Shown piece by piece: positions 7,958-18,531 of a stretch of 64,000 nucleotides of DNA (within the stretch, counting starts at the first letter, position 1; the number at the start of each line of letters is the position of its first letter). Position numbers and translations under genes: made by a program. The DNA comes from an uncultured Gammaproteobacteria bacterium (GTDB lineage Bacteria > Patescibacteriota > Patescibacteriia > Magasanikbacterales > GWA2-37-8), in contig CAZLNR010000001.1 in NCBI GenBank assembly GCA_964561035.1, positions 40,577-104,576 of the forward strand. Reading direction: 5' to 3'. Below the pieces are notes generated by a model that did not search any database, had not been told where the DNA came from, and saw only the letters and a list, made by a program, of their open reading frames with translations.

Positions 7958-10900
7958 ATGACCGATGTATTAAAATCCGTAAAAAAAATCTTTACGGTTT
8001 CCGTTGTCGGCGCCACCATGTTGTGGTCCGTCGGCGTATCGGCTTTGTTGCCATCTGCTGCTAACGCTGCAGTTTGCCCAACACTTGCCGCTGGTGACAT
8101 GATCAAGGTATCTGGTAAAGCAGCTATCTATTCTGTTAACAAAGACTTAAAAGTTCTCTATTTCCCTTCAGGAGATGAGTTCAAGAGTTGGAATGAAAAC
8201 AATTCCTACGGTGGTTACGTAACAGTAACTCAGGAATGTTTTGATTCCTTACCTGTTCCTAGTGCATACCCAGGCGCTGTTAACTACCGCCCAGGTTCAT
8301 ACGTTGTGAAGAGACCTTCTTCAGATCAATTGTATGTTGTTTTGCCAGGAAATTCCTTAGCAAAAATTAGTACTACCGATGCTGCCGCTTTATATGGCGC
8401 TAGCTACAAAGTAATGACTGTTGCCGATGCATTCTGGCCTCACTATGTAAATAGAGGAGCCGATGTTGCTGGTACCGTTCATGAAGGTATGCTCGTCAGC
8501 AAAGATGGTAAGACTTGGTATGTAGCCGCTGGTAAAGTATTAAGAGAAGTAACATCAACCGGCATGACCGCTAACAGATTTAAATCTGCTTTCGTTCACG
8601 CTGTTCCTGCTGCTTACTTAACTGGTACTACAGTTGGTTCTCCACTTGCTGCCTTGGAGTCTGCTTTAACTAACAGAACTCAAGATGGAGCTATCGCTTC
8701 AACTCCTGTAACTGGAGGCAATCTCAGTGTTACTTTAGCTGCTGATAATCCAGCCGCTGGAAACATTGCAGACGGTTCCGCTTACAACAAAGTTTTGAAG
8801 CTTAACTTAAGCGCTTCTGCCGCTACTCAAGTTACTGGTATTACTCTTACTAAAACTGGTCTGATTGCTAACAGCAATGTTACCGGTGTTAGTGTTTGGG
8901 ATGCTGCTGGTAACCGTCACGGTGATGTGATGACTTCCTTGACTTCAGACAACAAAATTACTGTAAGTTTTGGATCTTACCCAATCCTCGTAGGCGCTGG
9001 CGCTTCTGAATCTTTAACCGTAGCCGTAAACATTGCACCTGCTGCAAATTCCGGCTTGGTAGGCTTTAGTGTTGCTGCTGCAACTGATGTTGCAAGCAAT
9101 GGTACAGTAGGTGGTTCATTCCCAATCGTTGGTAACCAAATGGCTATCATTGATGGTAATGCTTCTCTTGCTTCTACCACAATTTCCGGTCTTTCAGTTG
9201 GTGGTTCTTCCTCTCAACCTGCAAGTACCGCATCTGGTAACTTACAAATCGGCGATGTTCAAAAAGAAGTTGCTAAATTCAGATTTACCGAACAAAGCGG
9301 TAATGAAGATGTTGCAGTTTCAAAATTGACTTTCTATGTAGCTGGTACTATTCAAGATGCTGATCTCGCTAACTGGAGTGTTTACGCTCCAAGTGGAGAC
9401 AAGCTTGGTATGACTGCTGCAATGAGTAACCGTTATGTAACTGTTAACTTCACATCTCCTTACGTTGTACCTAAGAGTACAAGTCGTGATTTCACTGTTA
9501 AGGTTGACGTAGTTAACGGATCAACCCGTAACTTCCAAGTTCAATTACAGAGTGATTACGATGTAATGATGAGAGGTGTTACAACCGGATTCTATGTATT
9601 ACCAGCTAACTTCACCACAGCTGTGGCAAGTACAAATGGTTGGTTCAATATGGGTTCTGGTACATTGACCGTTAATAAAGCTCCTACTTCTCCATCTGGC
9701 AACGTTTCTGCTGGCGCACAAAATATTGTGTTAGCTAAATTTGACGTAAAAGCTGCTGGCGAAGGCATGGAATTACGTAAAATGGGCTTGGGAGTTGACC
9801 GCTCTGGATCAACTGGTGCAAGCAAGACTTTAACTGGTAACGTTGTTGTTCGTGATGCTACCGACGGTACTGTCTACTTAACTGTAGCCGGCACTGCTTC
9901 TGCATTGTATGCAGGTGGCGCTCAATACACATTGTCCAGTTACTTAAACTTGACTGCTGGTCAAACCAAGAGCTTAGAAGTTGTTGGTAGTATTGATGCT
10001 ACTGCTACTTCCGGACACAAATATCAAGTTCAAATCGGTAACTTCTATGGCAAGAGACTTTCTACCTTAGATTTTGCTGACAACTTACCAACTTCTGGCA
10101 ACACCAGTACTGCTGCTAACCAATTGACAGTTAACGCTACTTCATTGTCTTGCTATAAAGACACTTCAATGGGTAACGAAACTCGCGCAACTGGTTCAAC
10201 AGCTGTAATTGGTAAATATATTTGTACAGCTGGCACATCTGAAGATGTACGTTTGAGCGGACTTACCTTCGCTTTCAACGGAACTTCCGGTCAAGCTGCA
10301 AATAGCTTCCAGAATATGGCTTTGTGGGATGCAACTTCCGCTACTGAAGTACAGTTGGGAACAACCGTATCTACAGTTGCAAGTTCATCAAACAGCTACA
10401 CCTTTGATTTGACCGTTCCTAAGAGTCAAACTAAAGTATTGAAATTGAAAGCTTATGTTGTTCCTGGTTATACTGGAACAATGTCTTCCTCAATCTCAAG
10501 CGGTAGTTACGTAGGTAAAGACAGTAACAACACCGGTAGTATCTCTACCGCTGTTACCGGTCAAACCATTACTATCGGCTCCGGCACCTTAAACATCACA
10601 AGTGTTACAGATGCAACAACCATTTCTAAAGTATACGGACCTGAACAAACAGGCGTACAACTTGGTAAATGGAAATTCGCTGCTAATAATGATGATGTTG
10701 CTTTGAGCAAATTGACATTGCAAGCTGTGTACGCAAACGGAAGTGGCGCTGCTACAACCTTGGGTACATTTGGTTCATTGGCATTGTACGAAGATGGTGG
10801 AAGTACAGCTTTGGCTACTGCCAGCTTTGTAAACGGTGATGTTGTATTCAATAATTTCTCCTCAAACATTGCTATCAACAGCTATAAAGTATACGTATTG

Positions 10901-11677
10901 AAAGGTGATACCAACGCTTCCGGCGTTATTACTAATAACACAACTACACAATTTGTAGTAAAGAGTGATAGTAATACCGACATGGAAGCAAGAGCTGCTT
11001 CAGGCTCATTGCTTGGTACCGCTGAAATCAATTACAATCAATCAATTACAAGTGGTGTTGCAGAAAGCAATTTTGCTACTTCAACTGCCTACTTGTTCCA
11101 CGATGCTTACCCAACAGTAGCTAGTGAATCTTTGGGAACTGCCTTGTTTGTACCAGGAGCACAGACCCAAATTTTCAAATTCTCTGTTACCAACTCTGGT
11201 AAGACAGATTTAAGACTTGCGTCTACAACTGTAAGTGTAACTGTTACTGGTTTGGTAAGTAACGATTCAGTAAGCGACTTTAGATTGTATAGTGATAATG
11301 GTGGTAGTTTGGGCGATTTGCTTGCTCAAAACTCCGGATTTGTTACTTCTACTACTTCTACCTCAAACCCATTATCAGTAAACTTCAACACTGGCAATGA
11401 CCAGAATAGTTTGCTTGATAATTTGGTAGTTGCTCCAGGAACAAAGAGAACATTTATCGTAACCGCTAATACCTTGTCTGCAACTGTAAACAAGACCAGC
11501 GGTAAGATTTATATCTCTTCTAAGATTACTGGTTCAACTGGTTGGAGTGGAACAACCTGGAATACAGGTAATTTGTTCTACTTCTACACCCCAACTAACG
11601 GTAGTGAACAGGGTGCTTACTCTGCTTCAAACTCTTACGAAGTGCTCGGTCCTTCATTGGAATATAGCGCATCTTAA
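7958..11677 (+). CDS. Large secreted S-layer-like surface protein (1239 aa)
   Basis: Signal peptide ending ANA-A; CPR-type N-terminal repeats (DMIKVSGKAAIYSV..LYFPSGDEFKSW); Ser/Thr/Gly-rich beta repeats; strong GCT/GGT/ACT codon bias suggesting high expression. Confidence 0.75.
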   Translation: MTDVLKSVKKIFTVSVVGATMLWSVGVSALLPSAANAAVCPTLAAGDMIKVSGKAAIYSVNKDLKVLYFPSGDEFKSWNENNSYGGYVTVTQECFDSLPVPSAYPGAVNYRPGSYVVKRPSSDQLYVVLPGNSLAKISTTDAAALYGASYKVMTVADAFWPHYVNRGADVAGTVHEGMLVSKDGKTWYVAAGKVLREVTSTGMTANRFKSAFVHAVPAAYLTGTTVGSPLAALESALTNRTQDGAIASTPVTGGNLSVTLAADNPAAGNIADGSAYNKVLKLNLSASAATQVTGITLTKTGLIANSNVTGVSVWDAAGNRHGDVMTSLTSDNKITVSFGSYPILVGAGASESLTVAVNIAPAANSGLVGFSVAAATDVASNGTVGGSFPIVGNQMAIIDGNASLASTTISGLSVGGSSSQPASTASGNLQIGDVQKEVAKFRFTEQSGNEDVAVSKLTFYVAGTIQDADLANWSVYAPSGDKLGMTAAMSNRYVTVNFTSPYVVPKSTSRDFTVKVDVVNGSTRNFQVQLQSDYDVMMRGVTTGFYVLPANFTTAVASTNGWFNMGSGTLTVNKAPTSPSGNVSAGAQNIVLAKFDVKAAGEGMELRKMGLGVDRSGSTGASKTLTGNVVVRDATDGTVYLTVAGTASALYAGGAQYTLSSYLNLTAGQTKSLEVVGSIDATATSGHKYQVQIGNFYGKRLSTLDFADNLPTSGNTSTAANQLTVNATSLSCYKDTSMGNETRATGSTAVIGKYICTAGTSEDVRLSGLTFAFNGTSGQAANSFQNMALWDATSATEVQLGTTVSTVASSSNSYTFDLTVPKSQTKVLKLKAYVVPGYTGTMSSSISSGSYVGKDSNNTGSISTAVTGQTITIGSGTLNITSVTDATTISKVYGPEQTGVQLGKWKFAANNDDVALSKLTLQAVYANGSGAATTLGTFGSLALYEDGGSTALATASFVNGDVVFNNFSSNIAINSYKVYVLKGDTNASGVITNNTTTQFVVKSDSNTDMEARAASGSLLGTAEINYNQSITSGVAESNFATSTAYLFHDAYPTVASESLGTALFVPGAQTQIFKFSVTNSGKTDLRLASTTVSVTVTGLVSNDSVSDFRLYSDNGGSLGDLLAQNSGFVTSTTSTSNPLSVNFNTGNDQNSLLDNLVVAPGTKRTFIVTANTLSATVNKTSGKIYISSKITGSTGWSGTTWNTGNLFYFYTPTNGSEQGAYSASNSYEVLGPSLEYSAS

Positions 11678-11730
11678 TGAGTTAAAGCATTCCTAGTAAA
11701 TAAAGACCTGTCTTTATCGAACAGAAACGC

Positions 11731-11756
11731 AAAACCCGCCCGCAAGGGCGGGTTTT
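11731..11756 (+). terminator. Intrinsic terminator
   Basis: AAAACCCGCCC-gcaa-GGGCGGGTTTT. Confidence 0.9.
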
Positions 11757-11769
11757 GTTGTTTTGGAGA

Positions 11770-11798
11770 TTGACAGATAGGGAATTTTTAGGTATGAT
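11770..11798 (+). promoter_or_regulatory. sigma70 promoter of typA
   Basis: TTGACA-N17-TATGAT. Confidence 0.7.
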
Positions 11799-11825
11799 TG
11801 GTATCTATTAGAAATTATTTTATTT

Positions 11826-13634
11826 ATGTCTCATATCCGAAATATTGCTATTATTGCTCACGTTGACCATGGTAAAACCACGCTGGTTGATGCTTTGCTG
11901 CGCCAGTCTCAAACAAAACTATCTAAAGAAATGGTCAATCAAGAAGCGATCATGGATAGTAACGATTTAGAGCGAGAGCGCGGTATTACTATTTTTTCAA
12001 AAAATGCTTCTGTGCAGTGGGGAGATACCAAAATAAACATTATTGACACTCCAGGCCATGCGGATTTTGGTGGTGAAGTTGAACGCGTGTTAAAGCTTGC
12101 TGATGGCTGTTTATTGTTGGTTGATGCCAAAGAAGGTCCGATGCCACAAACCCGATTTGTGCTTAAAAAAGCTTTGCAGATGGGGCATAAGGTAATTGTG
12201 GTTATAAACAAGATTGACAAACCAGGCGCCAGACCAGCTTGGGTGTTAGACAAAACCTTTGATTTGTTTGTAGAGTTGGGTGCCAGCGATGAGGCGGCAG
12301 ATTTTCCAGTTATTTATGCCTCGGCAAAACAAGGTAAGGCTGGTTTAGAACCAGATTTGGAAAAAATGACTGACATTAATCCGATTTTTGAAACTGTTTT
12401 AAAATTTATTCCTGAGCCAAAAGCCGATGTAAACGCGCCGCTTCAGATTTTGGTTACCACCATTGGCGGTGATAACTTCAAAGGCAGAATTGCAACTGGT
12501 AGAATTTATAACGGTATTGTTAAATCTGGCCAAGATATAATGCATATAAATAGAGACGGACAAATGAAAAAATGCCGGGTGATGGCACTAATGACATTTG
12601 CCGGTTTAGAGAGAATAGAAGTAAAAGAAGCTGGCGCTGGAGATATAGTGGCAATAGCCGGTATTACTGATATCAATATTGGTGAAACTATTGCAGATGT
12701 AAATAATCCAATTGCCTTGCCGCTTTTAACAATTGAAGAACCTACGGTAAAAATGACATTTAGTGTCAACAATTCTCCGTTTGCTGGCAAAGAAGGCGAG
12801 TTTACCACCTCTAGACAAATTCGCGAGCGTTTATATAAAGAACTAGAAACAGATATGGCGCTTAAGGTTGCAGATACGCAAGATGGTAACTGGGTTGTGT
12901 CTGGGCGCGGTGAATTGCATTTAGCAATCTTAATTGAGCGTTTGCGCCGAGAAGGTTATGAGTTCCAGGTGTCTCGTCCGCAGGTAATTATTAAAGAAGT
13001 TGATGGCCAGAAGATGACTCCGTACGAACAGGTCTTTATTGAGTCTCCAGAAGCGTATTCGGGAGCAATTATCCAGAAATTAGGTAGTCGTCATGGCGAA
13101 CTTCGTGAGATGCGCACTGAAAATGGCATTGTATTTTTAGAGTTTATTATTCCAACCCGCGGTCTGTTTGGGTACCGTACAGAATTTTTAACAGACACAA
13201 AAGGTTTGGGTATTATCAATACAATTTTCTATCAGTATTTGCCAGATCCTGCCAACTGGCGCGAGCGTGATCAAGGCTCTTTGGTTGCGCATGAAACCGG
13301 AGCCAGTAATTTATACGGCTTGCTCAATGTGCAAGATAGAGGTGTTCTGTTTATCGGTCCTGGTGTAGAGGTTTATAAGGGTCAGGTTGTTGGCCAGAAT
13401 TCTCGCAGTGAAGATATACGAGTTAATGTTTGCAAAGAAAAACAATTATCCAATATGCGCTCCAAAGGCGATGGTGTGAGCGAACACTTTAATGCGCCAA
13501 AAGTTATGGATTTGGAAGATGCTTTGGAATATATCGGAGATGATGAGCTGGTGGAAATTACTCCAAAAAATATTCGTATCAGAAAAGTAATTTTGGATGA
13601 AGCGGAAGCAAGAAAGAAAGCGCGCGGCATGTAA
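11826..13634 (+). CDS. typA: Translational GTPase TypA/BipA
   Basis: IAIIAHVDHGKTT, DTPGHADFGGEVER, VSGRGELHL, ELVEITPKNIRIRK. Confidence 0.97.
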   Translation: MSHIRNIAIIAHVDHGKTTLVDALLRQSQTKLSKEMVNQEAIMDSNDLERERGITIFSKNASVQWGDTKINIIDTPGHADFGGEVERVLKLADGCLLLVDAKEGPMPQTRFVLKKALQMGHKVIVVINKIDKPGARPAWVLDKTFDLFVELGASDEAADFPVIYASAKQGKAGLEPDLEKMTDINPIFETVLKFIPEPKADVNAPLQILVTTIGGDNFKGRIATGRIYNGIVKSGQDIMHINRDGQMKKCRVMALMTFAGLERIEVKEAGAGDIVAIAGITDINIGETIADVNNPIALPLLTIEEPTVKMTFSVNNSPFAGKEGEFTTSRQIRERLYKELETDMALKVADTQDGNWVVSGRGELHLAILIERLRREGYEFQVSRPQVIIKEVDGQKMTPYEQVFIESPEAYSGAIIQKLGSRHGELREMRTENGIVFLEFIIPTRGLFGYRTEFLTDTKGLGIINTIFYQYLPDPANWRERDQGSLVAHETGASNLYGLLNVQDRGVLFIGPGVEVYKGQVVGQNSRSEDIRVNVCKEKQLSNMRSKGDGVSEHFNAPKVMDLEDALEYIGDDELVEITPKNIRIRKVILDEAEARKKARGM

Positions 13635-13699
13635 CTAACTGCACGTAAAAAATATTGCCTGTACGGTTTGTTTTTGGTATTATTGTCGTGGCAGGTAAC

Positions 13700-13771
13700 G
13701 GCCTCATCGTCTAGTGGCTAGGACACATGATTCTCAATCATGTAACACGGGTTCGATCCCCGTTGGGGCTA
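13700..13771 (+). tRNA. tRNA-Glu(CTC)
   Basis: GGCCTCA/TGGGGCT acceptor, CATGA-TT-CTC-AA-TCATG arm, GGTTCGATCCC; CCA not encoded. Confidence 0.93.
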
Positions 13772-13802
13772 CAAAATCCGCGATTAGCGGATTTTATCAT
13801 AT

Positions 13803-14777
13803 ATGCAAACCGGTTTTTGGAAACAACTTAAAAAACCCATTTTTGTTCTGGCGCCCATGGCCAATGTTACGGATGCGGCTTTTCGGCGTATTATTGCCAA
13901 ATACGGCAAGCCTGATGTGACTTGGACTGAGTTTGTTTCATGCGACGGTTTAATGTCTCCAGGGCGGGAAAAATTACTTATAGATTTTAAATACAGCGAA
14001 TCAGAACGTCCAATTGTGGCTCAAATTTTTGGTTCCAAACCAGAGAATTTTTATAAAACCGCGCAGTTGGTGCAAGAGCTTGGTTTTGATGGAATTGATA
14101 TAAATATGGGATGCCCGGATAAAAATGTAGAAAAGCAAGGTGCCGGCGCATGTCTGATTAAAAATCCGCTATTAGCACAAGAGATTATTAAAGAAACTAA
14201 GCGTGGTGCTGGTGCGTTGCCGGTATCCGTTAAAACACGTATTGGGTATAACAAAAATACATTATCGGAGTGGTTGCCATATTTACTTGAAACAGAGCCG
14301 GCGGCTATTACTATTCATGCTCGCACGCGAAAAGAGATGTCGCTCGTGCCGGCGCATTGGGAAGTGTTGGCAGATGCCGTAGCTATTCGAGATAAACATG
14401 ACAGTTCAGAAAATAAAACATTAATTTTAGGAAATGGCGATGTAAAAAGTTTGGCCGAAGCGCATGAGCGCGTGCGGCAGACGGGCGCGGATGGTGCGAT
14501 GATCGGACGGGGGATTTTTGGCAATCCTTGGCTATTTAATAAAAGTATTGACCAATCCGAGGTGCCGCTTGAAGAAAGATTGCGGGTTATGATTGAGCAC
14601 ACCTATCTATTTGAGCAGCTGCTCGGTGCAGATAAAAATTTTGACATCATGAAAAAACATTACAAAGCCTATGTTAACGGTTTTGATGGCGCTAAAGAGT
14701 TGAGAATAAAGCTTATGGAAGGTGCCAAGACCGCTGCGGATGTAGAGCGGATTGTTATGGATCATCTTGGAAAATAG
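13803..14777 (+). CDS. dusB: tRNA-dihydrouridine synthase
   Basis: LAPMANVTD, IDINMGCP, VSVKTRIG, GNGDV, MIGRG. Confidence 0.88.
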   Translation: MQTGFWKQLKKPIFVLAPMANVTDAAFRRIIAKYGKPDVTWTEFVSCDGLMSPGREKLLIDFKYSESERPIVAQIFGSKPENFYKTAQLVQELGFDGIDINMGCPDKNVEKQGAGACLIKNPLLAQEIIKETKRGAGALPVSVKTRIGYNKNTLSEWLPYLLETEPAAITIHARTRKEMSLVPAHWEVLADAVAIRDKHDSSENKTLILGNGDVKSLAEAHERVRQTGADGAMIGRGIFGNPWLFNKSIDQSEVPLEERLRVMIEHTYLFEQLLGADKNFDIMKKHYKAYVNGFDGAKELRIKLMEGAKTAADVERIVMDHLGK

Positions 14778-14843
14778 TTGATTTTTTTCTTTGGTACGCC
14801 TACTATAGAAGTAGGTAAATTTTTATTTACCACATTACTGTAT

Positions 14844-15947
14844 ATGGAGTTTAGTTATAAGTTTTACACCACTACTTCTTCGGCATGGGAAGGCATGAAA
14901 GAGGCGATCGTTTCCGCTCAGAAATCAATTTACTGGGAAATCTTTACGTTTGTTGACGATCTTGCAGGGCAGCCTTTTGTGGATTTGCTCTGCGCGAAAG
15001 CGCAGGCGGGTTTGGATGTAAAAATAATCGCGGATGCTTTTGGCAGTTTTGCGCTTTCTAAAGAATCAATTTTCCGACTTAAAGCTTCGGGTGTTACTTT
15101 TTTACTGTTCAATAATTTTGCACCGGAATTTTCAATACGGCATTGGATGCGCCGAATTTGGCATCGCACCCATCGAAAAGTTTTGATTGTAGACAGAGAA
15201 ATTGTATTTATTGGCGGAGTTAACGTCGCGCAGTTTTCAGCGTCGTGGCATGATTTGCATGTCCGCATTACCGGTAGAATAGTTCTGCCCATTTTAGCGG
15301 GGTTTGCTCGTGTATATATACGTGCCGGCGGAGCAAAAAAGGATGTTGGCGACATGTTGCGCCCGCAGGTATTGCCGCCGCTTCATTTGGTGCGGGAAAA
15401 AATACAATTCATTCTTCATTCGCCAATTCAGTATACGCTTAAGTCTCCATTTAAGACGTTTTATAAACAAGCCTTAAACAACGCCAAAGAAAAATTTAAT
15501 TTGCTGACACCCTATTATGTACCGGATAAGAATTTTCTACATTTAGTTGCCAAAGCAAAAAACAGGGGCGTGAATATTAATATTATTATGCCATGGCGGA
15601 CGGATGAAAAAATTATGCGATATTTTGCATCCATGTTTTATGGTATTTCGGCCAAAGCCGGCGCGGTTTTTTATTTTTTAAAAAAAATGAATCATGGCAA
15701 GGCTGTAAGCGTAGATAATACGCTAGGCATGATTGGTAGCGCCAATTTAACCCCGCGCAGTTTTTATATCAACCATGAGGCGGGAATTGTATTCTCTGAA
15801 GAGCAGATGGTGGACGATCTTAATGCTATTCTTGATGAATGGAAATCCGAAGCGGTGCCGTTATCTGAGCTTGGTTTATACAATAAAAAAAGCTGGTCAA
15901 AAAAGTTTAAAGATTGGTGGATGAACAAGTTTAAAGACTATGTCTAA
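14844..15947 (+). CDS. cls: Cardiolipin synthase / phospholipase D family
   Basis: Two HKD motifs (HRKVLIVD..GGVN; HGKAVSVD..GSAN); start moved to ATG 14844. Confidence 0.85.
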   Translation: MEFSYKFYTTTSSAWEGMKEAIVSAQKSIYWEIFTFVDDLAGQPFVDLLCAKAQAGLDVKIIADAFGSFALSKESIFRLKASGVTFLLFNNFAPEFSIRHWMRRIWHRTHRKVLIVDREIVFIGGVNVAQFSASWHDLHVRITGRIVLPILAGFARVYIRAGGAKKDVGDMLRPQVLPPLHLVREKIQFILHSPIQYTLKSPFKTFYKQALNNAKEKFNLLTPYYVPDKNFLHLVAKAKNRGVNINIIMPWRTDEKIMRYFASMFYGISAKAGAVFYFLKKMNHGKAVSVDNTLGMIGSANLTPRSFYINHEAGIVFSEEQMVDDLNAILDEWKSEAVPLSELGLYNKKSWSKKFKDWWMNKFKDYV

Positions 15948-17184
15948 TCATGATACGGTTTTAAATATCCCTCTGGCAGAGCGAATGCGTCCGGTGCAGT
16001 TTGATGAATTTATTGGCCAAGTGGATATTGTGGGTCAGGGAAAATTATTGCGGCGGCTGATAGAAAATGATCAGTTATCCTCGGTAATTTTTTGGGGTCC
16101 TCCCGGAGTTGGCAAAACAACCTTGGCGCATATTATTGCCGCGCATACAAAATCGCGGTTTGTTACGCTATCTGCCGTATCAAGCGGCAAAGAAGCATTA
16201 GTTGCAATTATCAAAGAAGCAAAAAAAACTTTGGCTGAAAATAGCCAGAAAACAATTTTATTTATAGATGAAATTCATCGTTGGAATAAGGCTCAGCAAG
16301 ATGCTCTGCTTCCAGTAGTGGAAGCAGGAACTATTATTGTAATTGGAGCTACTACGGAAAATCCTTCTTTTGAAATTATCGGCGCGCTGTTATCTCGATC
16401 GCGAGTATTTATCTTAAAGCATCTGGACGACGCAGATGTTGTGTCAATTATCCAGCGCGCTTTGCGTGACACAAAAAAAGGGTTAGGAGATTTGCAAATT
16501 AAAATTGATAAAAAAACAATCGTATTGTTGGCGCAACTATCGGGCGGAGATGCGCGCGCTGCCCTTAATGGGTTGGATATGGCTGTGAAAGCTCAGATGC
16601 GGCAAGGCAAGGAAATAAAAATTACAGATGCCGATATTAAGGAAGCGCTGCAGCGTACGCATTTGGTATTTGATAAAAACGGTGAGGAATTTTACAATCT
16701 TATTTCCGCCCTGCATAAATCCATGCGCGGTTCAGATGCTAATGCGGCGTTATACTGGCTAGCTCGCATGCTTGAGGGTGGGGCAGATCCGTTGTATGTT
16801 GCTCGCCGAGTTGTGCGGTTTGCCAGCGAAGATATTGGTATGGCAAACAGTGAAGCGCTCATACAGGCTAATGCTGCTTTTGAAGCGTGTCACAGGTTAG
16901 GAATGCCCGAATGCAGCGTGCATTTGGCGCAAGCTGTGGTATATTGCGCTAAATCAACTAAATCAAATGTATTGTACCGCGCCTATGGTGAGGCAGCGCG
17001 CGACGCTCGAGAGACCTCGCATTTGGGTGTGCCGGTTCATTTGCGCAACGCGCCAACTAAATTTATGAAAGATATAGGTTATGGCAAAGATTATAAATAT
17101 TCACCGGATTTTGATTATAAAGAAGATCAAGAGTATTTGCCGCCAGAGCTGAAAGGCAAGAAATATTTGGCTAAAAATAGCTAA
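15940..17184 (+). CDS. rarA: Replication-associated recombination protein A (MgsA)
   Basis: PLAERMRP, GPPGVGKTT, FIDEIHR, GATTENPSF, ISALHKSMRGSD. Confidence 0.95.
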   Translation: MSNHDTVLNIPLAERMRPVQFDEFIGQVDIVGQGKLLRRLIENDQLSSVIFWGPPGVGKTTLAHIIAAHTKSRFVTLSAVSSGKEALVAIIKEAKKTLAENSQKTILFIDEIHRWNKAQQDALLPVVEAGTIIVIGATTENPSFEIIGALLSRSRVFILKHLDDADVVSIIQRALRDTKKGLGDLQIKIDKKTIVLLAQLSGGDARAALNGLDMAVKAQMRQGKEIKITDADIKEALQRTHLVFDKNGEEFYNLISALHKSMRGSDANAALYWLARMLEGGADPLYVARRVVRFASEDIGMANSEALIQANAAFEACHRLGMPECSVHLAQAVVYCAKSTKSNVLYRAYGEAARDARETSHLGVPVHLRNAPTKFMKDIGYGKDYKYSPDFDYKEDQEYLPPELKGKKYLAKNS

Positions 17185-17256
17185 AACACAAGGTGTTATA
17201 GACAGTGTTTAACGCCTTATGATAGCATACAATATCATTCATTCTTTTATTATTTT

Positions 17257-18492
17257 ATGTCTTTAAACGACCCGTTCCTCGGCGCTCTTAAACAGCTTGA
17301 AAAAGTGAAAACTCTGGTGAAGCTTGATGAAAACATTTACGCCCAGATGCAATCCCCGCAAAAGTTTTTGGAAATTTCCATTCCAGTAAAAATGGACAAT
17401 GGCAGTGTAAAAGTGTTTAAAGGATACAGATCTCAATATAGCAATGCTCGCGGTCCGTATAAAGGCGGTATTCGGTTTCATCCGCAAGTAAACGAAGCTG
17501 AGGTGAAAGCGCTTAGTATGTGGATGGCTCTTAAAACCGCGGTGGTCGGTATTCCCTTGGGAGGTGGCAAGGGCGGGGTAATTGTTAACCCAAAAGAATT
17601 GTCTGCCGGAGAATTAGAAAAATTATCTCGCGGATATATTAATGGTATATATAAGTTACTTGGCCCCGAAGTGGATGTGCCTGCGCCAGATGTGTATACG
17701 GATCCGCGCATTATGGGCTGGATGTTAGATGAATATGAAAAATTAGCTGGCCGTGGTGCGCCAGGAGTAATTACCGGTAAGCCGTTAAGCATTGGCGGTT
17801 CAGCGGCACGGAGCTACTCTACGGCTCAGGGCGGCTTTTATGTTTTGCAGAAAGCAATTGAAAAATTAAATATAAACAAACCGACTATCGCCATTGAAGG
17901 GTTTGGTAATGCCGGTGCTACGATGGCAAAAATATTATTTGACCATGGTTTTAAAGTTGTGGCGGCCAGCGATTCAAAGGGCGGTGTAGTAAATGATGCT
18001 GGTCTCGATATATCGGCACTGGCAACGCATAAAGAAAAAACAGGTTCGGTGGCTAGTTTTTCAGGAGGCAGCAATTTAACAGAAAGCATTATTTCGCATA
18101 GCGCGGATATTTTGGTGTTGGCAGCTTTAGAAAATAGCGTGACAGCTGAAAATGCTGGAAGTATAAAAGCAAAAGTAATTATTGAGCTGGCCAATGGCCC
18201 GGTAACTAAAGAAGCGACCGAAATATTAACCGACAAGAATGTTGTTATTGTGCCGGATATTTTAGCAAATGCTGGAGGCGTAGCAGTAAGCTATTTTGAA
18301 CAAGTGCAAAATGCATATAATTATTATTGGGAAGAAAAAGACGTGCTAGAAAAATTAGAAAAAATAATGAATGTTGCGTTTGAAGAAGTGTGGGCTCGCA
18401 AAGAAAATTATACAACAGATATGCGAACCGGTGCTTATATTTTGGCCGTAGAGCGCATTGCGCAGGCGATGAAAGATAGGGGATGGATGTAG
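17257..18492 (+). CDS. gdhA: Glu/Leu/Phe/Val dehydrogenase (glutamate dehydrogenase)
   Basis: GPYKGGIRFHP, GGGKGG, DVPAPD, ELANGP, PDILANAGGV. Confidence 0.92.
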   Translation: MSLNDPFLGALKQLEKVKTLVKLDENIYAQMQSPQKFLEISIPVKMDNGSVKVFKGYRSQYSNARGPYKGGIRFHPQVNEAEVKALSMWMALKTAVVGIPLGGGKGGVIVNPKELSAGELEKLSRGYINGIYKLLGPEVDVPAPDVYTDPRIMGWMLDEYEKLAGRGAPGVITGKPLSIGGSAARSYSTAQGGFYVLQKAIEKLNINKPTIAIEGFGNAGATMAKILFDHGFKVVAASDSKGGVVNDAGLDISALATHKEKTGSVASFSGGSNLTESIISHSADILVLAALENSVTAENAGSIKAKVIIELANGPVTKEATEILTDKNVVIVPDILANAGGVAVSYFEQVQNAYNYYWEEKDVLEKLEKIMNVAFEEVWARKENYTTDMRTGAYILAVERIAQAMKDRGWM

Positions 18493-18531
18493 TTTGTTGT
18501 ATGTAAGAAGGCATGGTATAATAATAGCCGT

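Noticed and set aside
7958-11677. About 28 N-x-S/T sequons in the S-layer-like protein as proof of N-glycosylation
   Set aside because: The protein is so Asn/Ser/Thr-rich that a similar count is roughly expected by chance.
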